Source: Candidatus Woesearchaeota archaeon
GTDB taxonomy: Archaea > Nanobdellota > Nanobdellia > Woesearchaeales > GW2011-AR15
NCBI GenBank assembly: GCA_038874655.1
Contig: JAVZBY010000002.1
Span: forward strand, 86,040-150,039
Direction: 5' to 3'
DNA length: 64,000 bases
The notes beneath the pieces were generated by a model. It saw nothing but the letters and a program-made list of their open reading frames with translations. It ran no database searches and was not told the origin of the DNA. The position numbers were made by a program, and so were the translations under genes. Position 1 is the stretch's first letter; each line of letters starts with the position of its first letter. Below, piece by piece: positions 1-13,700 of this stretch.

Positions 1-326
1 AAGGCAATTGTCATAAAAAAATAACCACTCATATAAAAAAAATCTGCAATTGAAACAACAGCATTTTCATTTATTTGCCAAATTATTTCACCAATAAACC
101 ATGTAATTATGCTCGCAGTTATAAAAAAACTAACCTTTCCTTGATGAGTATTAATTTTAAAATAATTAAAAGCCCTTATTCCAAAAAATATTGCAATAAT
201 ATGTGTTGAAAAATTTATTATGTTTAAAATTATAGGAAAAAAACTTCCACCTATCTTTAAATCGACAACTAGAAATAAGAATATTGCAAAAATAAAAAAC
301 AACATAAATACATATTTTTTTTCCAT
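1..326 (-). CDS. Multi-pass membrane protein, 3' end outside the window (possible membrane sensor-type domain)
   Basis: Manual translation from ATG at 326: MEKKYVFMLFFIFAIF...ITWFIGEIIWQ...SIADFFYMSGYFFMTIA. Open to the window edge with several hydrophobic helices. Not in the ORF track because it has no stop. Confidence 0.75.
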   Translation of the reverse strand, partial: MEKKYVFMLFFIFAIFLFLVVDLKIGGSFFPIILNIINFSTHIIAIFFGIRAFNYFKINTHQGKVSFFITASIITWFIGEIIWQINENAVVSIADFFYMSGYFFMTIA

Positions 327-404
327 TTCAATAACCTTTTTTTATTTATGAAACTTTACATATACTAAAATCAGTATTAATATATTTTTAATTAATTTAA
401 ATTT

Positions 405-635
405 TTAGTTTAACTTTTTTAAGTCCTTTTCACTAATAATATTTTCTTTCAACAATAAGTTAATAGCATTTTCTTTACCCATATAGCCTACTAGCATATG
501 ATAAGCTAATTCAATTAACTCTTTTTCATCATTATAATTTTCATCTACAATTTTTTTTACACTATCACCAAATATAGATTGTAAAATTTTCACAATTTTA
601 TCTTTAAGTGTTATAGAAACATATTTAACAATCAT
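405..635 (-). CDS. Small hypothetical helical protein, probably co-transcribed with the membrane protein at 1-326
   Basis: 76-aa ORF with normal composition, same strand and directly upstream of 1-326. Confidence 0.6.
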   Translation of the reverse strand: MIVKYVSITLKDKIVKILQSIFGDSVKKIVDENYNDEKELIELAYHMLVGYMGKENAINLLLKENIISEKDLKKLN

Positions 636-758
636 TTATATATAGAATATTTATTTATTTTTATACTTTTTTTGTAACTTTTTAGTTATTAAATATTTTT
701 TATACAAATTCAAAAAATATTTAAACAAATAAAATCTCACAAATTTGGGGGTGTTAGT

Positions 759-929
759 TTGTATTTTACTAGTGTTTATTTTAAATTAATTTTTATAATT
801 TTTTATAACCTTAGTAAAATTAATATAAACAATTATAGTTATTTTGTTAAAAGATTATTTCACATTTTTTCTTCATATTCTTTTTTTTCTTTATTTATTG
901 CTTTTATTTATATTATAAATTATATATAA
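759..929 (+). CDS. Possible small hydrophobic protein (56 aa)
   Basis: TTG at 759, preceded by GGGGGTG (747-753) and AAAAATATTTAAAC (about 713-726). Reads MYFTSVYFKLIFII...FSLFIAFIYIINYI. Could be a chance ORF in T-rich DNA. Confidence 0.25.
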   Translation: MYFTSVYFKLIFIIFYNLSKININNYSYFVKRLFHIFSSYSFFSLFIAFIYIINYI

Positions 930-1022
930 TAAAATTTAAATTATACTATTTTTAATATAATTTTATATTTTTTTAAATATATAATAATACTTTTTTAAGT
1001 TTAATAAAATTTTTTTTATAGA

Positions 1023-1038
1023 GAAAAATATTTAAATA
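1023..1038 (+). promoter_or_regulatory. Putative archaeal BRE/TATA promoter for the wHTH-giant protein operon
   Basis: GAAAAATATTTAAATA about 100 bp upstream of 1141. Confidence 0.4.
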
Positions 1039-1140
1039 TATTATATTTTATATAGTATAAAATTTGAGTTTAATTATTTTAATACACTAACTACTCTTAA
1101 ACACTCTCAATATTCGTTATCAATATAATAAGGCAAAAAA

Positions 1141-1725
1141 TTGGTAGGAAGTAAATTAGAGAAAGAAATAATATCTATTTTTAATAGAGATATCTCTACA
1201 CTTCTTAGCATAAATCAGATTTCAAAAAAACTTAAAAAATCCTATCCAAATATTAACAATAAAGTCAATTCTTTAATCAAGGAGGGAATTCTGACAAAAT
1301 TAGAAACAGGAAGAAGTTATTTATGCACTATAAATCTAGAAAATGAAAAAGCAATAGCACTTCTTACAATAAATGAAGCAGATAAGAAAAAACAATATGA
1401 AAAAAAAATTAATTTAATAAAAGAAGAAATAAATGATATAAAAAATAAATTCAAAGTTTATACTATTTTGCTTCATAATACAACATTAATTTTTGTTTTA
1501 GATTACTTGAATGATAAAGAAGCAATAAAAAATCTTTATGAAAATATAAAAAAATTTGATTTAATCTTTTTTGATAAAACTTCTTTTCAACAATATCTAA
1601 TTAAAAATCCAAACCTCTTAAATGAATTTATAATTATTTATTCGTATGAGAAGTATTATGAACTAGTTAATGAAATAAAAAACAATCTTATCTTGAATAA
1701 TAAAAAAGTAAAAAACAAGGATTAA
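1141..1725 (+). CDS. Winged-helix transcriptional regulator with a C-terminal domain (possibly a degenerate nucleotidyltransferase-like domain)
   Basis: SINQISKKLKKSYPNINNKVNSLIKEGIL...GRSYLCTIN is a wHTH pattern. The C-terminal half has no clear GS/DxD motif. Confidence 0.7.
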   Translation: MVGSKLEKEIISIFNRDISTLLSINQISKKLKKSYPNINNKVNSLIKEGILTKLETGRSYLCTINLENEKAIALLTINEADKKKQYEKKINLIKEEINDIKNKFKVYTILLHNTTLIFVLDYLNDKEAIKNLYENIKKFDLIFFDKTSFQQYLIKNPNLLNEFIIIYSYEKYYELVNEIKNNLILNNKKVKNKD

Positions 1726-1764
1726 AAAATAAAACAAATAACTAAAAAAATAAAAAACTAAAAA

Positions 1765-4700
1765 ATGAATTCAGAAAAAAATTATCCGAAATTTGTATCA
1801 TTGTTTTTAATTATATTAATTATAGTAATAAGTATAGTAATAATCAATGCACAAAATCTTTTAGAAAACAATTATATAAAAATTAATAAAAAAGAATTCT
1901 TCTTAGGTGAAACAGTTGAAATAGAGCTTTTAATAAATGACCTAAATAATATTAACATTGATTTATATACACCAAACGCAATATATAAATATCCTTTTCC
2001 TTCAAAAATTATAAAATATAAACCAATATTAGAGGGTAATTATAGATTAGTGGTTTTAAAAAATAAAGAAATATTAACAACAACAACTTTTTTTGTTAAA
2101 AAAAATGAATATAATTTGATTGAAGAAATATTAAATCAGTCAACTATTAAAAATAACGAAGAAACTGAAAACCTCTTAGATATTAATAAACCTAATTTAA
2201 TTACAGATAAAGAAACATATCTTCTCAATCAAGAGGTTATAATTAGCATTAATAACCTATCCATAGATGATTTATCTAACTATAATTTAATTATAAATAG
2301 TTCTAATACTATTATTAATTATATAGATTTAAAATCAAACACAATAAAATTTTTTCCAAAAAAACAAGGTATTTATACATTAATATTAATAAGCAAAAAA
2401 TCAAATGAAGAGATAGCAAAAAAAGAAATTTCAGTTAATTCATTTAATCAACAGTTTAATAATGAAATCTCTTTAAACTATGATAATAAAACTAATTCTA
2501 TTAATAATAACATAGACAATCAAAAAGAAATTATGATAAATCAATCAATAGAATATTCAGATAATTTATTTAATAATTCAAAAAATATTGAACAGCTTAA
2601 CAGACAATATAATAATTTACCTTTTAAAATTAAGAATAGTAAAAATTATTTCTTAATAGCAAACATCACAATATCAAATAAAAGATTAAAAAACCTCTCA
2701 TTAGACACATTTTCATTTATTAACTTATCAGATGACCTTTATGATATAGAAATTCAACCAAATATTAGACAAATAAGAAAAATAAAATTACATAATGTAT
2801 CATTTAAAGGCAATTTTGATTTAGGTCTGGAAGAAATTGATTCTCAAGCAACAAAATTTAAAGATATTAAAAAAGCAATTGCTATTGATCCAAGCAAAAT
2901 TAATTTCACAAATGGTTTTATTGAAATAAATGCTACTTCAGATGTATTGTTAAAATGTAAAGATTGGAACTTTACAGAGCAGAAATGCTTTGGAAAATTT
3001 GAATTAATAAAAACATTAAATAAGGGACAAACCTATTTTATTGATATAAATAGCACAGATCCTGCATACTATGAGTTGGGGTTAGCATCTATAAATACAA
3101 ATAAATCCTTATACAAAGAAAATGAAACAGCACAAATATGGATTGTTGCACTAGATTATACAGGACATTTAATATCTAATGCAAATATAACTTTACAAAT
3201 AATTTCACCCAATAATGAGATTTTTATATTTTCTACAGATTCAAATATTTCCCAAATAGAATTAGGAATTTATGAATTAAATTTCACAACAAAAGAACAA
3301 GGTAATTACACTATATTTGCAAATGTTTATAGTAATTTAATTAATACAACTTTATTTAGTTTTTTCTCTGTAGTTGATTATTATGAATTTGAAATAATAA
3401 GAAAAAGTCCATTAACCACAGATCCTTGGCGTGATACTTTTACAACAAAATTAAAAATAATTTCAAACAACCATAATGGCTTATTTAATTTAACAGAAAA
3501 AATACCAATCGGCTTTGAGATTATTGAAACAGATGCTATTATAACAAATGATTCAAATTATTATTATCTAACTTGGAATAATTTACAAAACAATTCAGAA
3601 GTTAATTACACAGCATTAGCTCCTTTTATTACTCCTGCAGTATACGAATTTAAATCCTTTGTTTCTTATGAAATGAATAATCAATCTTTAATATTTAACG
3701 AAGCAAAACCATGGTTCTTAGCAGTAGATCCTATTATGTACACACAAGTTTGTCAAGCACAAATTAACTCAGTAGGTCAAAATACATTTGGAAGTGCATG
3801 TGATGGTGTTTATCCAAGCTCATGTAGCGCTACTGGAGATTTATTAACTTGTAATGATAATTTTTTTGAAACCCATACAGGCACCAACACAAACAGATGG
3901 GCAGGTGTTAGAATTTCAGCATATGATTCAACAATAAGAGATTGTGTTTCAATAACTAGAGTTGAATTATGTTATGAATGGTGGCGTGATATAGGATTTA
4001 GCAATGCAAGAATTGCAGTTGATAGAAATAATTGGGCTTCACCAACAACAGTAACAACAACATTACCTGGAACAACTGCAAACCCAGGAGTTACTTGTGC
4101 AGATGTTACTTCTTTAGAAGCATGGACATGTGATAATTTTGACGGAACAGGACAAGCAGCACAGGCAGTAGCACAAGCACAAAGAGATAATTCTGGCTCA
4201 ACAAGAACTCTTTACATTGATGTTTTGTTTTTTAATGTGACTTATTTAAGAGATTACCCTCCAAACATAACACAAAATAGACCACCTTCATATTATTATA
4301 ACGATACTTTCAGCCCAATAAATATTACATTTAATTGCTCTGCTGTTGATGATATCAGAGTTAGTAATATCTCATTATATATAACAAATCTAAATAATAA
4401 TTCATTTGCATTAAATCAAAGCTGTAATATCTTAGCAACATCTGGAAGTTGTCAATGGACTTTATTATTGCCAAGTGGAAATTACACATGGAATTGTTTA
4501 GCTTATGACAATAGAACACAAGGAACATGGGGCACAAATAGAACAATAATTATTAATTACACTATGCCACCAACACCAAAGATTAATTCTTATAGTTGTG
4601 AAATAAATACACTAAATAATTGGCAGCCATGTAATACAATAGCATATGGCAATACTATATTAAGGGTTAGAGCAAATTGTACAACAGACTCAGGATTAAT

Positions 4701-7700
4701 AACAAACACAACCTTCTTGTTATATAATCTTCCTGATAACATTTATTTATTAAATGGCACATCTACAACACAAACATCAGGATATTATATTTATGATAAT
4801 CCTGATTTACAAATAACTGACTCAGGATACTTTAATTTAAGTGTCCAATGTTTCAATTCATTTAATAAAAACCAAACAAATACTACAGCATGGAATTTAG
4901 CTTGGGGTACTTTAAGTTCTCAATTAATTTATCCATTTGAGCCTATATCTGTTCCTCAAAATTCAACTTTTAATTTTACTTCAAGATTAACTTGTTTAGG
5001 TGGTGAATGTGGTGATGTAAATGCAACATTGGATCCGATTTATATTGTTTTATTTAATCATACCTTTGAAACAGGATTAGAAGATTTTATTTGGTTAGAT
5101 GACATTTATGGCACAAATCAACCAACACAATCAGAGGGTTATGTTACAAACAGAATTTTTTGTCCTAATGGTTTTTGTTTATTTGGTGATTTGCATACTG
5201 TAAATAATAGCAATACAGGTCCTTGGAGTGGTGGCTTTAACAAAACATTTAATTTAACATCTTATACCTATGGATTAAAAGCAAACATTACAGTTAATAT
5301 AACTTTTGATTATAACTTAATAATAGATCAGACAACAGAAGCAGGAGAATATGTTTATCTTTATTATAGAAATATCACCTCAAAAACATCTGTACAAGGT
5401 CCTAACATACAAGGTTCAGGAGCAGGCGGAACTGATGAGGTATTTGAAAATGTCTCAGGTAGAATTTCTTTAATATTTTATAATGTCTCTGATGTTTTTT
5501 CATTTGATGTTGGTTGTTATATGACTGACACAAATGCCAATGACGAAGACGGTGGTTGTTTTATTGATAATATTTTAATTCAAGCAACTGTTGAATTAAA
5601 TAAAGGAAAAATTTCTAATATCCCCGGAACAAAACCCTTCTGGACATTGTCACCTAATCCTTATACAGAAGCGAATTTAGCATGTTTAAGAAATATGATA
5701 GCTGGCCAAAGTTGTAACACTACTTGGGTTGTTAATGCAACAGGTCCTTTATACACGACATGGGACTTTTTTGTTTTATATGAGCCTACAGAATATTCAA
5801 GTTATCTTTCATTTAATAAATCTAAATCAGTTAATATAACAATAACCGATATGGTTAGACCTGTTATTACTTTTGTACAATGTCAAAGAAATTCAACTTC
5901 TTGGGTTTCATGTGATTCTATAAAATACAATGAATACATCTCAGGTGTTAGAGGCACTTGCACATATACAGAAGGCATTATAACAAGTATGAGTTTTAAT
6001 TTAAAAAACCAATTTTACAATAGGACTTATTTTGATGTTTCAACCACAGACAATTCAACTAACTATTGGACATCAACCTTTAGTCCAATTAGAGTTAATA
6101 ACTCAGGTAATTTTGCTTTGTATTCAAGGTGTTATGCAAACTCTCTATTTGGTGATTATTCATTAAATTGGTCTTTACCTTATGGAACAATCTATATTTC
6201 ATGGATAAATTTATCTAGTGAAGTAAATGTAACGCAAAATAAATTTTCTAATTTTTCTGTTTTATTAACATGTCAAGGAGGAGAATGTATAAACATAAGT
6301 GCATTTATTGATCCAGAAATAGGCCAACAATTTGCATTAATGACCTTTGATGGTTCAACTAATTTTCCATTAAGGGATGGTCTATGTAACACAGCAACAG
6401 ATACATGCGCATTAAGTAATCCTTGGGATGATTTTGACAATTGTATTGCAGGAAATGGTCAATATGGAATATGTGCATCAAGATATGCTGGCTCTGGTGG
6501 AACAGAAAGAGGTTTATTATGCCAAGGATGTGATAGAAATAATGCAGGAAACACAGGCGGCTTATATATTTCATTAAACTCAACACCATGTGGTGGCTAT
6601 CCTTGTCAATATATTTTTATTTCATATTATCAAGCAGTACAAAGCATGGATGCAGCAAATGAAGGCAGTGTTGTTTTAGTTAGGGATAATGATGGTATTT
6701 GGCGAGAAGTTTCAAGATGTATTGATAATGACTTATGCGATTGTGATAGAATAGCAGGATGTACTTTAGCCACAATCGGACAATATGCACAATATGTAAA
6801 TGTAAATTTATGTGATATCCCAGGAATTGATTGTACTCAACCATTAGATATATTTTTCACTTCTTACGCAACTAATGTAAATCAAGGAACTGGAGATTAC
6901 TTTATGTGGGATCAAATTAATATAACAGGCTATTTACCAAAAGGGATTATATCTTATGGAAGTGGCTCTCCTTTTTATACTACCTATGCTAATCCTGTTT
7001 ATAGACAAAATAATTCATGTTTAGCTTATTTAGATGTAGGCCAATCTTGTATAATTACCTGGCCAGTAAATGCAACAGGAAACTTAAATTCTCTACACGA
7101 ATTTTATGTAAATGCCACAACCTTTAATAATCAAACAACTCAAAGTTCAATAATTGATGTAAGAATAACAGATAATAAACTGCCTTATGTTTCTTTTATA
7201 ACTTTGAATCCAATTAATCCAACTTCTTATGATAATTTAAATTGCTCATTTATAATAAATGATGCTAATTATTTTGATAAATTATATGCAAACATAACAT
7301 GGTATAGAAATGATATTGTTTATTCAAATCAAATGATATCCATTAATAATAATCAATTAACTTCAGTAATTTTATCAAGCTCCAATACAAATAACGGAGA
7401 AGTTTGGCATTGTGGTATAACACCTTATGACGAAACTGTTTATGGAAATCAATTAAATTCAACAAAAGTCAATATCCTAATTAGTCAGCCACCAATAATC
7501 TCTAATGTACAATGCCAAAGAAACTCAACTTCCTGGGTATCATGTTCAGATATTAAGTTTAATGATATTTTAACAATGGTTAGAGCACAATGCATAGATT
7601 TAGATGGTTATGTAATGAATGTTACTTTTAATTTAACAAATTTTGAAGACAAATATTTATTTTTTAAAAATACAACCTATATGCCAGAATCAGGATATTA

Positions 7701-10700
7701 CTACTTTAATAATACAGATATCCTAATAAGAGATTCTGGTAATTTTAATTTATCTGTTTCTTGTATTGATGATACTAATGTAGAAACAGTTTATTATTTA
7801 ACTTGGCTTGTTCCATTTGGAAAATTAAAAGGGCAATGGTTAAATCCCCCAAATATTAATGTAAATGTTACTAGGTATAAATTATCTAACTTCTCAGTTA
7901 GAATTATATGCGAGGGTGGTGAATGCGGAAATATTACTGCGGTTTTAGATCCCTTAATATTATATCCACAAGCGAACATGGATTTTGAATCTCCAACTAA
8001 TTTTCCATTAGCCACTGGACAATGTGGCACTGGCGCAGGTTGGCAATGTGCAGATTCTTCTCCTTGGGATGATTTTGACAATTGTATAGGCGGAAATGGT
8101 GTTTATGGTATTTGTGCATCAACAGAAGCAAACTCAGGAGAAACAGGCATTAGAGGTTTAGAATGTAGGGGTTGTGATAGAGCAGATGCATTAAACCAAG
8201 GTGGATTATACATAAACATTCCAGCAAGATCTTGCAATGACTATGTTTGTGAGCAAATCAATATTTCTTTTTACCAAATTGTTCAAAGTATGGATAATGC
8301 AAATGAAGGAAGCGCTGTCTTAGTAAGAGATGAAGATGGAATTTGGCGTAATTTAACAACTTGTATGGATAATCAACCAAGATGTGATTGTGATGTCATT
8401 CCTGGCTGTACTAGAGCAGAAATGGGTGCTTATGCTCAATTTTTCAAAAAAGATTTATGTCAAGTTCCAGGAATAAATTGCAGTCAAAATATAAGTATTT
8501 TATTTACTTCTTATAATCTAATAAATCATGGAACAGACGATTATTTCGCATGGGATAAAATTTTAGTTGAGAAATATGGACAAAAAGGCATTATTCCAGT
8601 TGGTAGTGGTTTTCCATTTTATGTAATTGAAAACAATCCTAGAACATGGAATGATTTTTCATGTTTATATAATATGACCTCTGGAGACTCATGTGAAATT
8701 ACATGGCAAGTAAATGCAACTGGAAACTATAATAAAACACATGAGTTTTTTGCTTATTTTAATTCAACATATTCAGCTATCGAATTAAATGAAACAAAAC
8801 ATATTTATGTAACAATTACAGATAACTTTCCACCGAGAGTTACTTATGTCGAAATTGGTCCAGAAGTTGCGCTTAATGATACAGATATCTATTGTAGCTT
8901 TATTATAACAGATCCAAATTACTTTGATAGTTTATGGGCTAATATAACATGGTATAGAAATAAAACTTTCTACTTTAATCAACAAGTTCCTATATCCATA
9001 AATACACTAACACAAGTTTATTTATTGGCAAATAATACAGAGCCAGGTGAATATTGGCACTGTGGTGTAACACCTTTTGATGGTTCTATTTATGGAAATC
9101 AAGTTAATTCAACAAATTTAACAATTTATTTATATCCACCCCCAAGCATAAATTCAATACAATGTAATGTGAATGGATTATGGAAAGATTGTAAAAATAT
9201 TTTGTATTTTACTAATTTTTCAGCAATAAGAACTAATTGTTCCTCAAATGAAGGAATGGTTAATGCAACATTTAACTTCACAAATATTCCTGATAATAAA
9301 GTATTCTTTAACAATTTAACAACAACCTACTCAAATGGCTATTTTATTTTTGATTTTGAAGACATAAACATTACAGATTCAGGTGAAATGGAAATTTATG
9401 CAAAATGTATAGATAATGTTAATCAAGTTGTTTATGGAAAAGTAAATTGGACAATTCTTTGGGGAACACTAACAGCATCCTTAGTTTATCCAGACTCAGA
9501 TACAAGTGTTCAAAGAAATAACTTCTTTACTTTCCAAGCAAGAGTAACTTGCTCGGGGGGTGAATGTGGAAACATAAATGCAACATTAGATCCTTATACA
9601 AATTCAACTATTTATGATTTTAAGCAAGGATATAATATTGATAAATTCGCTTGGGTCATAGATAGTAATAATAATCCACCAGAGTCATTGCCAAATTCAA
9701 GAACAGCATTAACTTTAGCACAAGTTGCACTGATAAATGTTTCAGATAATAATAGATATACAATGCCAGATCCAGGAGCGGGTGATTGGATTTCATTGGA
9801 TATGATAATGAATATAAAAGAAAAAAGAGAAGACATAACAAAAATGCAATTTTATTTTGAGGGTTATCCTAATATAGCATCAACATTACAAATATATGCA
9901 TGGAATTTTAATACAAATACATGGAACTCATTAGGAACACAGTCTTTTTCAACAGGTTCTGACCAAATAATGACAGTAAATATAACATCAAATATATTAA
10001 ATTACATAAATGCTTCAAACAATAATATAAGATGGCTTTTATTAAATACATTAACTAGTGAATACATATTAGTTGATTATGTTTATGTAAATATAACTTA
10101 TAATGCGTATAAAGGAATTATCCCAAGACAAGAAGGTGCAATTCCTTTTTATACAAGAGACTATAACCCAAAAGATTATACAAATCAATCCTGTTTGGGC
10201 AATATGATATCCGGCCAATCATGTATTGCATCATGGTTAGTTAATGCCACAGGACCTTTAGGTTCAACACATGAATTTTTTGTTTATTTCAATGCAACAA
10301 ATTATTCACAATATATTATGCCTAAAGAAACAACCCATATCTTTATTACAATAACAGATTCAACATTAGTACCGCCAATTGTTATTTTAAATGATCCTCA
10401 AGATAATTTATACACAAATAATCAAAATATTATATTTAATTGTTCAGTTACAGATAATTTTAATTTAAAAAATATTAGTTTAGTAGCTGATTTCAACGGA
10501 ATTTTTGATATAAATGAAACTTATCAAATAACTGGAACATCAAACACATCTTTATTTTACAAATATTTAGATGATGGAAAATACATATGGAATTGTTTGG
10601 CTTATGATTCAGATAATAATTTAGATTGGGGAAATTCAAATAGAACTTTAACAATTGATACAAAAGAGCCAACAATAATCTTAAATAATCCTTTAAATGA

Positions 10701-13700
10701 GTCCTCTTTTACTACAACAAACCTTGCTTTAAACTTTACAGTAATTGATGCATTAGATAAAATACTAAATTGTGATTTATACTTAAATGGATTTTTATAT
10801 CAGCAAAATATTAATGCAAACAATAATTCTAATACAATAATTAATTTAATAAATTTAACACCTAATACTTACAAATGGTTTATTACTTGTATAGATGATG
10901 CAACAAATATGAATGTTAGTGAAGAATATATATTTTATATATCAGATTTACCTCCAAGTGTCAGCTTATTAACACCTAACAATATTTATTTTAGAACACC
11001 AAACATTTCATTATTTTATTTTGCTACAGATAATTTAAATATTAATCTATCAACTTTGATATTAAATGGTTATCCTTTTGCATATCAATATAATTTAGGA
11101 ACATCAGTAATATCAAGTTTTAATTTAACTTATATGCCAGAGGGATTATATAATTGGACTGTTAATGTTTCTGATTCTAGTAATTTAACAGATCAAGCCC
11201 CATATAGATATTTCACGATAGATTATACAGAACCAATAATTTACATTTATGCTCCAGATAATAATTTGACAATTAATGAAACACAAACAAGAATCAACTT
11301 TACAGTTGTAGATAATTTAGATTTCATGATAATGTGTAATCTCACTATAAATAATCAAATTGCTCAAACAAACATACCAGCAATTAATAATTCTTTTGTT
11401 TCATATTTAATTACAAATTTCTATGATGGTTTAAATTATTGGAATTTAACATGTTTTGATGATGCAGGTAATTATATCACTTCTGAAACGAGGATACTAA
11501 ATGTTAGTGCTCCTCCAAATGTTGTTTTAAATTATCCCTTTAATAATCATTTCCAAAACCAACAAAATATAACTTTATATTATACACCACAAGATAATGT
11601 TAATTTATCTGTCTGTGAATTATTTATTAATGGTCAATATAATCAATCAAACATTGAAATAACAAATGGAGTACAAAATACATTTGAATTAACATCCTTA
11701 AGTGAAAACATATACTCTTGGTCTGTAAGATGTAATGATACTTCTAATCTTTCAACAATGTCAGAAACAAGAATATTTACAATAGATTTGACAAAGCCAA
11801 CAATTTATTTATTATATCCAAATAATGGTGATACTATTTATGGAAAATGGACCAATTTTAATTTTAGTGTTATTGATAACTTTGATATAAACTTATCTTG
11901 TAATATTACAGTTGACGGATTAATAAGAAAATCTAATTTACCTGTTTTGAATAACACACCAACTAATTTTACAATAAATGTAAGTGATGAAGGTCCTCAC
12001 ACATGGTATATAACCTGTATAGATGATGCAACTAATTTTAATGTCAGTGAAACAAGAAATTATTTCACAACAAATCCGCCAGAAGTGCAATTAGTTTTCC
12101 CTAATAATGGAGCAATTATTAATTATAACTTAATTAATTTCACTTATATACCGATTGATGATAATTTAGCAAGTGCAACCTTAATTTTAAATGGACTAAG
12201 AAATGAAACAAATACTACTTTATACAATGAACTAGAGAATTATTTCAGAATTTATTTAACAGATGGAATTTATAATTGGACTGTCAATGTAACAGACGCA
12301 ACAAATCTTTATACAATGCCTGATGTATTAACTTTTACAATAGATTCAACACCTCCATTAATAACAATACATCATCCTGCTGGTTTTGAAATATTAGATT
12401 GGAATAATATCACCTTCAACTTTACTGTGAGTGATAATTTATTTCAACCAATTTATTGTAATATAAGTATTAATTCAGTTCCACAATTTACTAATATTCC
12501 AGTAAATAATAATTCCAATGTAATTAGATATTATTCTCTAAATGATGGTACTCATTCATGGCAAGTTAGATGTATTGATTTAACAAATAATACTGCAATA
12601 CAAACACAGAATTTCATAGTAGAAGCACCACCAAGAGTAAATCTAATAAATCCAGTAAATCAAACAAGAACAACACAACAATCTTTTAATTTCCAATATT
12701 TACCCTATGATGTCTTTGGTCTTTATAATTGTACTTTAATATTAGATAATAAATTAAATGAATCTAGTTCCTCTATATTGAATAACCAAATTAACACTTT
12801 ATTTGTTTCATATATACCAGAAGGTTTACATAATTGGACAGTAAGATGTATTGATAATCCTCCAGATTATAATTCATATCAGCCAGAACCTTGGCAATTT
12901 AGAATTGACTTAACAGGACCAACAATAATTCTAAAATATCCTATGCAAGACCAAACATTTAATTTAAACAATATTACTTTTAATTACACGGCAATTGATT
13001 CTGATAATATTATAATTGATTGTAATATATCTGTGTCAGACCCATATGGAAATAGATTAAATGCAACTTCAATGCCTGCAGGATATGATCATATAATAAC
13101 TATAACAAATCTTGCAGATGGAGATCATTATTGGAATGTTACTTGTGTAGATGATCTAGGAAATGTTAATACAAGTGAAACAAGAAGATTTATTATTAAT
13201 CAACCAGATTTATTTACAAATAATAATCTTGTTTTCCTAAACAACATAAATCCAGATTTATATGAAAACATTACAATTTCCATAAATGTATCAAATATAG
13301 GTGGACAACCAGCAAACAATGTTTTAGTAAACTTCTATGATGGAAATCCGAATTTAGGTGGCTTATTTATAGGTAATGATACTAACTCAGTTGCAATAAA
13401 CCAAACTATTGCATTTACAACATCATGGCTAATAACACCAGGTTATCATACAATTTACATTAGTGTAGATCCATATAATCAGATTTCTGAATTAGATGAA
13501 ACTAATAATAATGCAACAATTAATATAAGTGTATTATGGGCTAACATTACAAATCCAAAAAATCAATCCTGGTTTAATACATTAATAGTTCCAATAAACT
13601 TTACTGCATATGATTACACAGGAAATTCAATTACTTATATTGTTTTAATTGATAATACTCCTAATGGTCAAAATGGTTATGTAATTGATAGCATAAATAA

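Noticed and set aside
6316-8583. Diversity-generating retroelement template/variable repeat pair
   Set aside because: No reverse transcriptase in the window, and the differences between copies are not adenine-specific.
5038-10110. Inteins or Rhs-type toxin cassettes as the explanation for the inserts
   Set aside because: No Cys/Ser start with His-Asn end, no YD repeats or DPxG core, and no immunity-like genes.
4361-10675. Short minus-strand ORFs inside the 4796-aa gene
   Set aside because: Antisense shadows of a long, clearly coding frame with no recognisable motifs.
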